DNA of 64,000 nucleotides from assembly GCA_038153405.1 (NCBI GenBank), contig JAYOYH010000007.1:43096-107095 (forward strand), read 5' to 3'. This DNA is from Gemmatimonadota bacterium (GTDB taxonomy: Bacteria > Latescibacterota > UBA2968 > UBA8231). Below the pieces are notes generated by a model that was given only the letters and a program-made list of their open reading frames with translations, had not been told where the DNA came from and did no database searches. A program made the position numbers and the translations under genes. Shown here piece by piece: positions 9,550 to 19,216 of the stretch (the stretch's first letter is position 1; each line of letters opens with the position of its first letter).

Positions 9550-10413
9550 ATGCTGATCGATGCCCATAATCATCCCAATTGGCACGGCTTTAATGCGGAT
9601 AAGATCCTGCGCAATATGGACGAGCAGGGAATCGACCAAATGTGGCTCTTTAGCTGGGAAGTGCCCGAAGACGAATACGCTCCGTCCTACCACGCCGTGC
9701 TGCCGCCTACGGGGATGGGCATTCCACTCGAGGATGTGATTGAGGTTGGCAAGGCAGCCCCCGACCGCTTTGTATTGGGGTACATGCCGCATCCTAAGCG
9801 GCCCGATGCCATAGACCGCCTCAAGGCGGCCGTCGAGATCCATGGGATTCGCCTCGCCTCTGAACTCAAGGTGCGCTTGCCCTTTGACGATCCGGACGCC
9901 CTGCGCCTGTACGCCTTTTGCGGCGAGCAAAAACTGCCCATCACCATTCACCTCGACTATCCCATCGATCACGGCCGCGGTCATTATCCGCGGCCCAACT
10001 GGTGGTACGGCGGCAGCTTGGACGCCTTTGAGCGGGCCGTTGTCGCCTGTCCGGAAACCGTTTTTATCGGCCACGCCCCCGGATTTTGGGCTCATATTTC
10101 GGGCGACGATCAGTTTGATAAGGCCGCCTACCCCGAGGGGCCGGTCGTGCCCGGCGGACGCGTCGGCCAAATGCTGCGCACCCATGCCAACCTCTACGCC
10201 GATTTGTCGGCCGGTTCGGGGCTGCGCGCACTGCAGCGCGACGCGGAATTTGGCCGGCAGTTTCTCATCGAATTTCAGGATCGTCTGCTCTTTGGCCGAG
10301 ATTATTTCGATACCCGCCTTATGGATTTTCTCCTCGAAGCTAAACTGCCTCCGGAAGCCTTTGCCAAGATTACCCATCGCAATGCCGAGCACTTGCTACA
10401 TGCCTATCTCTAA
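9550..10413 (+). CDS. Amidohydrolase-2 family metal-dependent hydrolase (TIM barrel)
   Basis: The N-terminal MLIDAHNHPNW is the HxH metal-binding motif. The length and a later FGRD (Asp) are typical of the PF04909 family. Confidence 0.7.
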   Translation: MLIDAHNHPNWHGFNADKILRNMDEQGIDQMWLFSWEVPEDEYAPSYHAVLPPTGMGIPLEDVIEVGKAAPDRFVLGYMPHPKRPDAIDRLKAAVEIHGIRLASELKVRLPFDDPDALRLYAFCGEQKLPITIHLDYPIDHGRGHYPRPNWWYGGSLDAFERAVVACPETVFIGHAPGFWAHISGDDQFDKAAYPEGPVVPGGRVGQMLRTHANLYADLSAGSGLRALQRDAEFGRQFLIEFQDRLLFGRDYFDTRLMDFLLEAKLPPEAFAKITHRNAEHLLHAYL

Positions 10414-10505
10414 ACGAGCGCTCTTTTGAATGAGCCTAGCGCTGCCTACCGACCGCATGTGCATTGCGTTGCCACGTTCTCTTCTCCCGTCCGGTATTAG
10501 GTGCG

Positions 10506-11447
10506 ATGAATCCCCTAGAAATCTTCTGGTTTATACTGGGTTTGGTTGGACTGTACTTCGGTGCAGAATGGATGGTCACAGGTGCTTCGCGCGCTGCCGG
10601 CAGCTTTGGCATACGGCCCATCGTCGTCGGCCTGACGGTGGTGGCTTTTGGCACCTCCAGCCCCGAGTTGGCGGTGAGTATGATTGCCGTTTTCGAGGAG
10701 AGCAACGGCATTGCCATCGGTAATATCATCGGCAGCAATATTGCCAATGTGGGACTTATTTTGGGCGCTTCAGCCCTCGTTTCTCCGCTCAAGGTAGAGC
10801 TCAATGTCCTGCGCAGAGAGCTGCCGATTATGGTCTTTGTATCCCTGCTTTTTATTGTTCTACTCTACGACGGCACTATAGGGTTTTGGGATGGATGCCT
10901 GCTCTTTGTCGGCCTCCTAGTCTACTTGGCTTACCAGCTGCGCGGTCTGTTTAAGGGTGGCCAACCAACGGCCGAGTTGCCGAAGGGCCAGGGAGTGGCA
11001 CCGCGCCACGGATGGAATGCGCTGTTGATCGTCGTGGGGCTGGGTCTGTTGGTGGGGGGAGCGAACCTGATGATCGAGTCGGGTATTGTTATTGCCAAAA
11101 TGTTCGGCATTAGCGAAATCGCTATTGGCATTGCGCTGGTAGCCGTCGGAACGTCACTGCCCGAATTGGCCACCTCTATGGTAAGCGCCTTTCGCGGCGA
11201 GAGCGATATATCGGTTGGCAATATCATCGGTAGCAATATTTTCAACATCATGTGCGTCGTGGGGTTGGTCTCGATGATCGCCCCGTTGTCCGTAAGCGCG
11301 GAACTGCTTTATTTTGAACTACCCGTTATGATTGCGTTTAGTCTCGTGCTCTTTCCCTTTATGCGTTCGGGCTTTGTCCTCAGTCGCTTGGAGGGAGCGG
11401 CGCTACTCGTCGGATATGCCGTATTCATGGTTTTTGTGTTTGACTGA
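10506..11447 (+). CDS. Ca2+/Na+ antiporter, CaCA family (YrbG-like)
   Basis: Two alpha-repeats, GTSSPELAVSMIA and GTSLPELATSMVSA, each followed by GNIIGSNI(A/F)N, form the internal duplication diagnostic of CaCA exchangers. The start was chosen at ATG 10506 (MNPLEIFWF). Confidence 0.85.
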   Translation: MNPLEIFWFILGLVGLYFGAEWMVTGASRAAGSFGIRPIVVGLTVVAFGTSSPELAVSMIAVFEESNGIAIGNIIGSNIANVGLILGASALVSPLKVELNVLRRELPIMVFVSLLFIVLLYDGTIGFWDGCLLFVGLLVYLAYQLRGLFKGGQPTAELPKGQGVAPRHGWNALLIVVGLGLLVGGANLMIESGIVIAKMFGISEIAIGIALVAVGTSLPELATSMVSAFRGESDISVGNIIGSNIFNIMCVVGLVSMIAPLSVSAELLYFELPVMIAFSLVLFPFMRSGFVLSRLEGAALLVGYAVFMVFVFD

Positions 11448-11555
11448 TTCAGATTGCGCACATCGGGTGGAAGAGGCAAGAGCGCGCAACCGAACTCAGG
11501 TTAGGCGTTGGCGCATCGGGCGCATAGGTGATTTAAAAAAGCAAAGGAGTTTGAC

Positions 11556-12326
11556 ATGGATCTGGGTTTAGGAGGCAAAGTCGCCATCGTCAGCGGTGCC
11601 AGTCGCGGGATTGGCCGCTCTATTGCGCTGGCACTAGCCGCCGAAGGCGCTAAGCTGTGCGTTTGTGCTCGCAATGAGGAGGGCCTCACCATAGCCGCAG
11701 AGGAGATGCGCGTCGCCGGAGCAGAGGTTGAAGCGCTCGCGCTGGACGTGACGACGGCAGAGGGCGCCGACGCGCTGGTCGCCGGTGCGGTGGCCCGCTT
11801 TGGCGGCGTCGACATTCTCGTCAACAACGTCGGTGGCTCAGTATGGACCCCCTTTGCCGAAATAAGCGATGACGAGTGGAACCACGTGCTCAATTTGAGC
11901 TTTATGTCGGCCGTGCGCGTAAGCCGAGCCGCGTTCCCGGTGATGGAGCGAAGAGGGGGCGGCAGCATCGTCAACATCTCGTCGATCTTTGGCCGCGAGA
12001 CAGGGGGGCCCATTTCATACAACGCCGCTAAGTCGGCCATGATCAGCATGTCGTCCAATTTGGCCATAGAGGGTGCCGGCAAGAATATTCGCGTCAATTC
12101 GGTAGCGCCGGGATCCATTATCTTTCCCGGCGGCAGCTGGGAGCGCCGGCAGAAGGAAAACCCCGAGCAGATTGCCGCATTTATCGATGCCAATCTGCCC
12201 TTTGGGCGCTTCGGCAAGCCGGAAGAGGTAGCCGACGTCGTTGCTTTTCTCGTTTCCGAGCGCGGCAGTTGGGTCACGGGCGCGTGCATCAATGTCGACG
12301 GTGGCCAGTCCAAATCGAATACGTGA
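11556..12326 (+). CDS. SDR-family oxidoreductase (3-oxoacyl-ACP reductase-like)
   Basis: The TGxxxGIG motif (VSGASRGIGRSIA), NNVG, and Y..AK in the YNAAKSAM catalytic tetrad. Confidence 0.85.
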   Translation: MDLGLGGKVAIVSGASRGIGRSIALALAAEGAKLCVCARNEEGLTIAAEEMRVAGAEVEALALDVTTAEGADALVAGAVARFGGVDILVNNVGGSVWTPFAEISDDEWNHVLNLSFMSAVRVSRAAFPVMERRGGGSIVNISSIFGRETGGPISYNAAKSAMISMSSNLAIEGAGKNIRVNSVAPGSIIFPGGSWERRQKENPEQIAAFIDANLPFGRFGKPEEVADVVAFLVSERGSWVTGACINVDGGQSKSNT

Positions 12327-13356
12327 TTGGGCCGTGGCGTTCGGGCTGGTTATCGCCTTGCTCGTTGCAGGGCCCCTACTCGTCGATAAAACCGATGCGC
12401 AATCGCGCAAACAGTCGATCGACTTTCTCAACGAGCGCCTGAAGATTCCCGATTCGTCGAGGTTTACCGAAGGCGAATACATCGAGAGCGGCGTGGGGGT
12501 GCCCTTTGGCGTGGACAAGCGCCTCAGCTATTTTAGCGGCAACTACGCCGAGTCCATTACGCGCTTTAGCGAGGCGCTGCGTCGCTACCCCTACAAAGCG
12601 GAAATATGGGTATTTCTGGCGCGCTCTTTTTTCTATGAAAAGGTACCCGAAGAAGCCAAGCGGACGATTGAGCGCGCCGCTGAAGTGATGCCCGATCTAG
12701 CGGAGAGCTTCTGGGATCCTCTTTTGGAAAGCATGCTGGGCGAAATTCACAATCGCGCCTTAGAGCAGCAGGCGCAGATCGATTTTTATACGAGGAGCCA
12801 AGAGGAGTTTCTCGAACTTTTCCGACTCTTTCGCTTCCTGGTCGATGAAAATGGCATGGTTGGTATCGTGCTGCGGGCCGATGCCAAAGCGGCGAAAATG
12901 TCGTTTTTGGCGACGATGGTCTCGGCCGACTCGCGCACGCGCTACCGGGCCGAATCGGATAAGTGGGTGGCGCTGGCCGAGCAGATGCGCGGTGAAATGC
13001 GCAACTTGGGGTTTTCGCCGCCGGAGGCTGTCGAAGTGCCGGTATACCGGGAGGAGGAAGTGCCCCTCGACGATGCCGACCTCCTCGAGCAGACGCACCA
13101 GTTGCAGCTAAAAGTCGATTTTTACCAGCCACTGCTAGCTGATTTTAGCGCCCTTTTTGAAAACTATCTTGCCCTAGACCTGCCCGATGGAGCGCGCTTT
13201 GTCCTTGAGGGATTGCAGCGCGAAGCCGGGCGCGTGCGCCTGCAGGCCGATACTGCCAACGACTTTGCCATGGCCAGCCAGTACGGCGAAGAGGCCGATG
13301 CGCTCGATGCGCTGCGCGAGGAACTCCTTCAGCGCTTGCCTGATAGCGGGCCCTGA
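12292..13356 (+). CDS. Hypothetical secreted/periplasmic protein, first gene of a MotA/ExbB-like operon
   Basis: A hydrophobic N-terminal segment (WAVAFGLVIALLVAGPLLV) follows possible starts at ATG 12292, GTG 12301 or GTG 12334. No recognisable catalytic motifs. Confidence 0.5.
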   Translation: MSTVASPNRIRDWAVAFGLVIALLVAGPLLVDKTDAQSRKQSIDFLNERLKIPDSSRFTEGEYIESGVGVPFGVDKRLSYFSGNYAESITRFSEALRRYPYKAEIWVFLARSFFYEKVPEEAKRTIERAAEVMPDLAESFWDPLLESMLGEIHNRALEQQAQIDFYTRSQEEFLELFRLFRFLVDENGMVGIVLRADAKAAKMSFLATMVSADSRTRYRAESDKWVALAEQMRGEMRNLGFSPPEAVEVPVYREEEVPLDDADLLEQTHQLQLKVDFYQPLLADFSALFENYLALDLPDGARFVLEGLQREAGRVRLQADTANDFAMASQYGEEADALDALREELLQRLPDSGP

Positions 13357-14507
13357 TGAACTGGGTCGCCGCATTGCTGCTGCTGTGGTGCGCGGGCGAG
13401 TGCATGGCGAATACCCCCCTTGCGTGGCGTCGCGAGTACAATCAGGTCGTCGCCAGCATCGATACGCTCACTCGCCTCAATGGCGATCAAGACGTTGAGG
13501 CCCTCGTGCGACAGCAGGGTAATCGGGGGGCGAACGTGCCGCTCGTGCTGCTGTTTTGGGCAGACGACGAGGCGGAAATATTCATCAACGGCTTTCGCAT
13601 CGCCGAAACGCGCCTAACGCCGACGCAGGTGGAAATACCTGCTCTCTACCTGCGCGATATGAACCACATCCGCGCCCACTGCTGGGATACGGACAAGGTA
13701 GAGAGCGGGTTTATGGCGGGTTTATATGCGCGCGATGCTTCCGGCGGTCTGCGCCCGGTGCTGGTTACCAGCGAGGGGCCGTGGCGGATCGGTGAGAGAC
13801 GCGCCGAAGTGCGCTTCTACTCCAACACGCAGCCCGATATCCCCGGTGCCGAGGTCATTTGGGGCGATGGGCTTTACGGCGAAGTGTGGTTGGAGGCCGA
13901 ATTCAGCGCGCAGGCCATTCAGCAGGCGATGCAGCGTCCCGCGGTAGAGATGCCCGCGGCCAACCAGCAGTCGATGGAGGCACACGCCGTCCTGAGCCGC
14001 ATAGTGCAGCTACAGACTCGGCAAAAAGAGCTTGAAGTGCGCTTGGGCGCTAGCGCTCAAGCGGCCGAAACGCCGCGCTATAAGGGCTATGTCAGCGGTC
14101 GTTTGGGGTTTAGTTTGGGGCGGGCGGGCAGGCTGGCCGAGCGGGAAAATCGCCTGCAGGCCGAAGCGCTGTACCAATGGGCGCAGGCGCTACCTGCCCA
14201 AGAGCGCGCGCTCGTTTTTCGCCCGCCGCGCCAGTTAAAAGGGGCCGAAGCCGCCGTGCAGCGCCAGTCGCTGGCCGCCGGCGGGAGCGAGGGACGCGCG
14301 GATCGCCGCAAAGACTACTTGCCGCCGCCGGAACGAGCACCGCAGCGCGCAGGGCAGACCGCGGCTGCCTTCGCCGTTTCCCTACCTGCTGCGGGTCGCG
14401 CTATGGCTTGGTTGAGTTGGACGGCATTGATCGGATTGCTGGGGTATGCCGCTGCGGCTGGAAGGCATTGGTGGTCCCTTTTTACAGCTGAGGATTGGAA
14501 GCGATGA
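13356..14507 (+). CDS. Hypothetical exported protein with a C-terminal membrane anchor
   Basis: The ATG overlaps the upstream stop (ATGA). There is an N-terminal signal-like segment (VAALLLLWCAGEC) and a C-terminal hydrophobic helix (AMAWLSWTALIGLLGYAAAAG). The 3' end overlaps the next gene by 13 nt. Confidence 0.55.
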   Translation: MNWVAALLLLWCAGECMANTPLAWRREYNQVVASIDTLTRLNGDQDVEALVRQQGNRGANVPLVLLFWADDEAEIFINGFRIAETRLTPTQVEIPALYLRDMNHIRAHCWDTDKVESGFMAGLYARDASGGLRPVLVTSEGPWRIGERRAEVRFYSNTQPDIPGAEVIWGDGLYGEVWLEAEFSAQAIQQAMQRPAVEMPAANQQSMEAHAVLSRIVQLQTRQKELEVRLGASAQAAETPRYKGYVSGRLGFSLGRAGRLAERENRLQAEALYQWAQALPAQERALVFRPPRQLKGAEAAVQRQSLAAGGSEGRADRRKDYLPPPERAPQRAGQTAAAFAVSLPAAGRAMAWLSWTALIGLLGYAAAAGRHWWSLFTAEDWKR

Positions 14508-15271
14508 ACGCATTGCTCATCGTAGTTGGTATTGCCCTTGTCGCCGCTGGCGGGATTAGCGGCAGCTTGCTGCAGCTAATGCGCGCGCGCCGGTTACATC
14601 TGCGCGATCGCGAGCACGGCGTAGCGGTAGAACCCCTACGCCACGTGGCCGGTGCCATAGGAGCGGTGGCCGGGGTAATCGTCGGTGCGTTAGTCGCCTA
14701 TTACCTATCGCTTAACCAGCGCGCCGATCTGATCGCCTGGGTCGGACGCTGCTCATATGTACTCATCGCCTGGTCGGCCAGCGGCCACCTGATTACGCTG
14801 GCGCATATGGGATTGCATCTGGTGCGGGAGGAACGAGCCCTGCGCAAATTAGGATCGGACCCATCGCTGACCGCGCGTCGGTTGCACCTGCTGCAGGAAG
14901 AGCGCAGGACGCACCGCCACTACATCGATTTCAAGACGCGCGATGAAGAGGTAATGGATGGGTTGATCGGATTCTTTGCCGAACCGCTGCTCAACGCACG
15001 GCGGGATATGGCCCGCCTGCCCCTCTACGGCTATCTGGGCACGGTGTGCGGCATTTTACTCATGGCGCAGGAGTTGGGCCAGATCGACGAGGCTTCCCAG
15101 ACGTTTAAGGTGCTATCCTCTATGGCCGAGGGATTGGCCTTGGCTTTTAAGACGACGCTGGTCGCTCTGGTTTCTTACCTACCGCTGCGCAAGGCCGTCG
15201 ACTACATGTTGCAGCGCGTTGCCGTTGTCGAGGGAGCCTGGCGGCGCATGCGCGAGGATGCGAACGCATGA
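14495..15271 (+). CDS. Divergent MotA/TolQ/ExbB-family proton-channel protein
   Basis: The C-terminal region LPLYGYLGTVCGILLMAQELG...MAEGLALAFKTTLVALVSYLPLR matches the conserved TM2-TM3 core of MotA/TolQ/ExbB (LGT..G...aF.......ladgi.eAL.tT..GL.vAiP). The N-terminal half is atypical. Confidence 0.55.
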   Translation: MEAMNALLIVVGIALVAAGGISGSLLQLMRARRLHLRDREHGVAVEPLRHVAGAIGAVAGVIVGALVAYYLSLNQRADLIAWVGRCSYVLIAWSASGHLITLAHMGLHLVREERALRKLGSDPSLTARRLHLLQEERRTHRHYIDFKTRDEEVMDGLIGFFAEPLLNARRDMARLPLYGYLGTVCGILLMAQELGQIDEASQTFKVLSSMAEGLALAFKTTLVALVSYLPLRKAVDYMLQRVAVVEGAWRRMREDANA

Positions 15272-15687
15272 GCCGTTTACTGCGGCGTTGGGAAGAGGAG
15301 GTCGAAGAGCACGATATTAGCAAAGAGCTCTTTCTCGGCATTATGATGCTCATGCTCTGTTTGGGTATTATGATTCTCAACGCGACGCAGCCGGTCTGGC
15401 GCGTCCACCGACACGATCCGCAGCCCGATGATATTGTCGTACTCTACACGCGCGATGGGCTTGGTCTTTCGCAGGACGGCTACACGATTGTCCAGCCGCT
15501 GGCCGAGGCTAGCTTTCGCAAACTGGTGCAGGGAATGGTCAGCGATCCCGAAGCGGATTTGCATCTCTTCTTAAAGGGAGGCAGCCGCGACCAATTGGTG
15601 CGCCATGCATCGTTTGCCGATTCGCTGCTGTCGACGGATCAGGCGGGCAACAAAGTGCGCACCGCCGTATACGTCCATACGTGGTAG
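15268..15687 (+). CDS. Probable ExbD/TolR-like protein (divergent)
   Basis: A single N-terminal TM (ELFLGIMMLMLCLGIMIL) sits at the position of the ExbD TM helix. The C-terminal LHLFLKGGSRDQLVRHASFADSLLSTDQAG loosely aligns to the ExbD periplasmic domain. It is start-overlapped (ATGA) with the MotA-like gene. Confidence 0.4.
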   Translation: MSRLLRRWEEEVEEHDISKELFLGIMMLMLCLGIMILNATQPVWRVHRHDPQPDDIVVLYTRDGLGLSQDGYTIVQPLAEASFRKLVQGMVSDPEADLHLFLKGGSRDQLVRHASFADSLLSTDQAGNKVRTAVYVHTW

Positions 15688-15690
15688 AAC

Positions 15691-15733
15691 AAAAAAGGGG
15701 CTGGAGGCCGCTCGGCTCCAACCCCTTTTTTTG
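15691..15733. terminator. Bidirectional rho-independent terminator between convergent genes
   Basis: An A-run, then GGGGCTGGAG-GCCGCTCG-GCTCCAACCCC, then TTTTTTT. The GC-rich stem is flanked by an A tract upstream and a T tract downstream, so it can serve both strands. Confidence 0.55.
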
Positions 15734-15748
15734 CGGTTGATCTATGCG

Positions 15749-16567
15749 CTAATTCCCAATTACAGCGAGGACGTCAGTGCCCGCGACCATTTCGTTTAAA
15801 AAGGTGATGGTCGTTTGCCCATCGGCCGTTTTGAGTTTGTAATCATCGCCTTTTTTCAACGTGCCATAGCGGTCGGCCAGAGCGTTTACCTTGCCCGCCA
15901 CGACGACTTCAGTGCCGACGGGTACTAACTGCACGCCGGGGTCTTCAGGGTCGACCTTCTTGACTAGCTTATACTGCTTGCGGAAGGCGCTGCCAAAAGG
16001 GCGGCTGGTATCGAGGTAGCCGTTTTCCTGCAGAAATTGCTCGCTTGCCACATATAGGCGTACCGAAGTTTGCGCAGCCTTGAGCGTCGAGACTTGGTCT
16101 TGGGTTTTGGCCAGGTCCATTTCCAACTGGCGAATGTGGTCGCTCTGGCGGCGGATGGAGGTGTGGGCTTCCAAGAGCACCGTATTGAGGCTGTCGGCTT
16201 GTCCGCGCAGGCTGGCAATGGTGCGGCTATCGGCCTGCTTATCCTCTTTAAGACGGCGGATTTCGGCCTGCAGTCGGTCGTTCTGCTGTCGGCGCTGCTC
16301 GGCCAAATTGCGGAACTCGCGCAGCGATTTATTGAGGCCCTGCACGTCGCTGATGAGCTTCTCGTTGACGTGCTGTGCGCTATCGGCTTTGGCGCGCATG
16401 GCGTCGAGCAGCAGGTTGGAGTCGTCGAGCGTATAGGTTAGCGAATCAATGGCCGAGTTGGCCGAGTTGAGGTCGGTCTGCAGCTGGGCCAGCATCTGCT
16501 CCTGCTCTTCGTTGGCGCAGGCCGTCAACGAAACTGCAGTGCAGACAAGGGCGATATAGCGTAGCAT
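15749..16567 (-). CDS. Coiled-coil lipoprotein with a C-terminal globular domain
   Basis: A lipobox (SLTAC) after the signal peptide, a long heptad-rich Q/L/E/R region, and a ~100-aa non-repetitive C-terminus. Confidence 0.55.
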   Translation of the reverse strand: MLRYIALVCTAVSLTACANEEQEQMLAQLQTDLNSANSAIDSLTYTLDDSNLLLDAMRAKADSAQHVNEKLISDVQGLNKSLREFRNLAEQRRQQNDRLQAEIRRLKEDKQADSRTIASLRGQADSLNTVLLEAHTSIRRQSDHIRQLEMDLAKTQDQVSTLKAAQTSVRLYVASEQFLQENGYLDTSRPFGSAFRKQYKLVKKVDPEDPGVQLVPVGTEVVVAGKVNALADRYGTLKKGDDYKLKTADGQTTITFLNEMVAGTDVLAVIGN

Positions 16568-16584
16568 GAGAGCTCCTTTGTGCG

Positions 16585-17442
16585 TTATTTAAACTCTTTT
16601 GTGTACAGGCTATCGACTTCGGCCATGGTCTTGTTCAAGTCGTCGTAGAGCGAGGCTTGGTTGCGCGCCAATGCGTCGATCTTCTGCGCTGTCAAATCCT
16701 GTATCTCGCGGGTGGTGTTGACCTTTCCAAGCAGCGTATTCTGCCTTGAGTCGAGGGATGCCGTCGTCGTATTGAGCTTGGCCAAGTCGCTCTGCACCGC
16801 ACTGAGTTGCTGTTGCATGGTTTGCTGCCAGCGGCGCTGTGCTTCAGTAAATTCGCGATAGCGCGCATCTTCCTGAACAAAGCGATCTTCGAGCGTTTTA
16901 TTGGTCTGCTGCTGGTAGGCCAGCCTAGCGCGTCGTTCGGCTTCGAGCTTAGATTCGAGAGCGTCAGTGGCCTCGCTTTGGTCGGCCAACGCTTGGCGCG
17001 TCCGCTCGTGGTTGCTGCGTTCGTTTTGTAGGTCGCGCCGCACTTCGAATTCCGACTGAGTCAGATTGGCTTTTTCCTCCAATTGGGCGGCGAGCCGTAC
17101 GCTGAGGGCATTGAGTCGCGACGAAAACTCATTCATCTGTTCGTTGAGCTCTTGGCGATGCTCTTTTTGGCGTTCGTGATTGGTGTAGAGCACCAGGCCC
17201 ATAACGCTGCCGGCCACCAGCGTGGCATAGGCGCCGAGTAGGAAGATATGTTTGCGTTCAAACATATCGACGACGCGCAGCAGGCCGATTATACCGCCCC
17301 AAATCAGAACAATGCCGCCCGCGATTGCGGCGATGATTACGTTCAACGGGCTAATCCTCACTTGCCATGTGTAAGGGGATACAAAAGAAAAAATAACATG
17401 CTCTACAGTGCGGCGCAAACGCCAATGTGTAGCGGTCGCCAT
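16585..17442 (-). CDS. Membrane-anchored coiled-coil protein
   Basis: An N-terminal TM (LNVIIAAIAGGIVLIWGGIIGLL) followed by ~200 aa of coiled-coil-like sequence. It lies in tandem with the preceding lipoprotein. Confidence 0.5.
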   Translation of the reverse strand: MATATHWRLRRTVEHVIFSFVSPYTWQVRISPLNVIIAAIAGGIVLIWGGIIGLLRVVDMFERKHIFLLGAYATLVAGSVMGLVLYTNHERQKEHRQELNEQMNEFSSRLNALSVRLAAQLEEKANLTQSEFEVRRDLQNERSNHERTRQALADQSEATDALESKLEAERRARLAYQQQTNKTLEDRFVQEDARYREFTEAQRRWQQTMQQQLSAVQSDLAKLNTTTASLDSRQNTLLGKVNTTREIQDLTAQKIDALARNQASLYDDLNKTMAEVDSLYTKEFK

Positions 17443-17509
17443 TCGCCGTGCCGTTGCAAAAAGGGCGATTGCCCGTAATGTTTAATGAAGTGATTTAAAG
17501 GAAATTTTT

Positions 17510-19195
17510 TTGAGCGAACGGTTAACGGGGGAGCGGGCTTTGCCGCGTAAAAAAGTCTCATATGGATTTGGGCATATGCTGTGGACCATCGCACTGTCGG
17601 GCACTGTGGCGACTGTGCTCAGTGCACAGCAGGTCCATTTCGTCGACGTGACGCGGGCCGTCGGCATTGAATTTACCCATTACAATGGCGTTAGCGAAGA
17701 AAAGCGCCTGCCCGAGACGGACGGTTCCGGTGGGGCTTTTCTCGACTACGATAACGACGGCGACCTCGATCTCTACCTGGTCAACAGCGGCGATCTCATA
17801 GAGGGACGCGGACCGTGGCACAATGCGCTCTACCGCAACGATGGGTCACTTTTTGCCGACGTTACCCAAGCTACAAACACGGCCGGTGAGCGCTATGGCA
17901 TGGGGGTGGTTGCCGCCGACTACGACAACGACGGCGACGCCGATATGTATCTGACCAACTGGGGTGAGGATGCGCTCTACCGCAACGATGGGGGGTCTTT
18001 TACCAATGCGACGGGTGCGGCGGGTATTTCCAATGAGGCGTGGGGCAGCAGTGCGGCTTTTTTCGATTACGATAACGACGGCGACCTCGATCTATTTGTC
18101 GTCAACTACGTCGACTTTAGCCTTCAGACGCACAAGTGGTGTGGGCACGAGGCGCTGGGGCTGCGCTTTTACTGCGATCCACGTCAGCACAACCCCACTG
18201 TCGATCTGCTTTTTCGCAACAACGGCGATGGGACCTTTAGCGATATTGGACAGCAGGCAGGCATTGTCGAAAAGGGCAACGGCTTGGGATTGGCGTGCTG
18301 GGACTACGACAACGACGGCGATCAGGATGTCTACGTAGCCAATGATATGGAGGCCAATTTCCTATACGAAAACCAGGGGAACGGCCAGTTTTTGGAAGCC
18401 GGTTTGCTCTCGGGCACGGCGCTGAGCGCCGACGGCGCGGCGCAGGCGGGCATGGGCGTGGATACGGGTGACTTTGACGGCGACGGCGATCTCGATCTAT
18501 TTGTGACCAACTACCAATTGGAAAACAACGCGCTCTACCGCAACGACGGTCTGATGTTTAGCGACGTTAGCTTCCGCACGGGATTGGGAGAAATCAGCCT
18601 GAACTACTTGGGGTTTGGCGCTCTATTTACGGATTTCGATAACGACGGGTGGTTGGATCTATTTGTAGCCAATGGACACGTGCACGACAATATCGAGGCA
18701 TACGATAAGCTGGTTACCTATGCGCAGAAAGCGCAGCTTTTCCGCAACGAAATGGGTTCCTTTCGCGAGTTGACGGTCGATGCTGGACCGGCCTTTCAGG
18801 CAGAATACGTCGGACGCGGCACGGCGCAGGGCGACTACGATAGCGATGGAGATATGGATCTACTGTTGACCAATTCGGGCGGCGCAGCCGCGCTGCTGCG
18901 CAACGAGGGGGGCAACGCCGGAAATTGGCTGCAGGTCGATCTACGGGGAACGCTAAGCAACCGCGACGGGATAGGCGCGATTGTGCGCCTAGAGGCGGGG
19001 GGCATGCAGCGCATGCAGCAGGTCAAAGCCGGATCGGGCTATCAGTCGAGCAGCCAGAAGGCGCTCTTTTTCGGATTGGGCCGCATCGAGCGCGTTGAAC
19101 GTATTGGCATCGAGTGGCCTTCCGGGGTCAGGCAATACATACGCGATATCGCGGCAAATCAGGCGATATACATCGTCGAAGAGACGGCTCCCTAA
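17510..19195 (+). CDS. CRTAC1-family protein: FG-GAP/VCBS repeat beta-propeller plus ASPIC/UnbV C-terminal domain
   Basis: Seven or more repeats of FxDYDNDGDLDL(Y/F)V.N (FG-GAP Ca-binding motif), and a C-terminal NWLQVDLRG..SNRDGIGA.VR...G...Q....GSGYQS (ASPIC/UnbV). A signal peptide is present; the real start is possibly ATG 17576. Confidence 0.8.
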   Translation: MSERLTGERALPRKKVSYGFGHMLWTIALSGTVATVLSAQQVHFVDVTRAVGIEFTHYNGVSEEKRLPETDGSGGAFLDYDNDGDLDLYLVNSGDLIEGRGPWHNALYRNDGSLFADVTQATNTAGERYGMGVVAADYDNDGDADMYLTNWGEDALYRNDGGSFTNATGAAGISNEAWGSSAAFFDYDNDGDLDLFVVNYVDFSLQTHKWCGHEALGLRFYCDPRQHNPTVDLLFRNNGDGTFSDIGQQAGIVEKGNGLGLACWDYDNDGDQDVYVANDMEANFLYENQGNGQFLEAGLLSGTALSADGAAQAGMGVDTGDFDGDGDLDLFVTNYQLENNALYRNDGLMFSDVSFRTGLGEISLNYLGFGALFTDFDNDGWLDLFVANGHVHDNIEAYDKLVTYAQKAQLFRNEMGSFRELTVDAGPAFQAEYVGRGTAQGDYDSDGDMDLLLTNSGGAAALLRNEGGNAGNWLQVDLRGTLSNRDGIGAIVRLEAGGMQRMQQVKAGSGYQSSSQKALFFGLGRIERVERIGIEWPSGVRQYIRDIAANQAIYIVEETAP

Positions 19196-19216
19196 TGGGA
19201 AGGTCCGGTCTTGCCG

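Noticed and set aside
9415-10392. 325-aa minus-strand ORF
   Set aside because: It is antisense to the amidohydrolase gene, which has clear HxH metal-binding and family motifs. I found no motifs of its own.
11501-12313. 270-aa minus-strand ORF
   Set aside because: It is antisense to the SDR oxidoreductase gene, which has canonical TGxxxGxG and catalytic-tetrad motifs.
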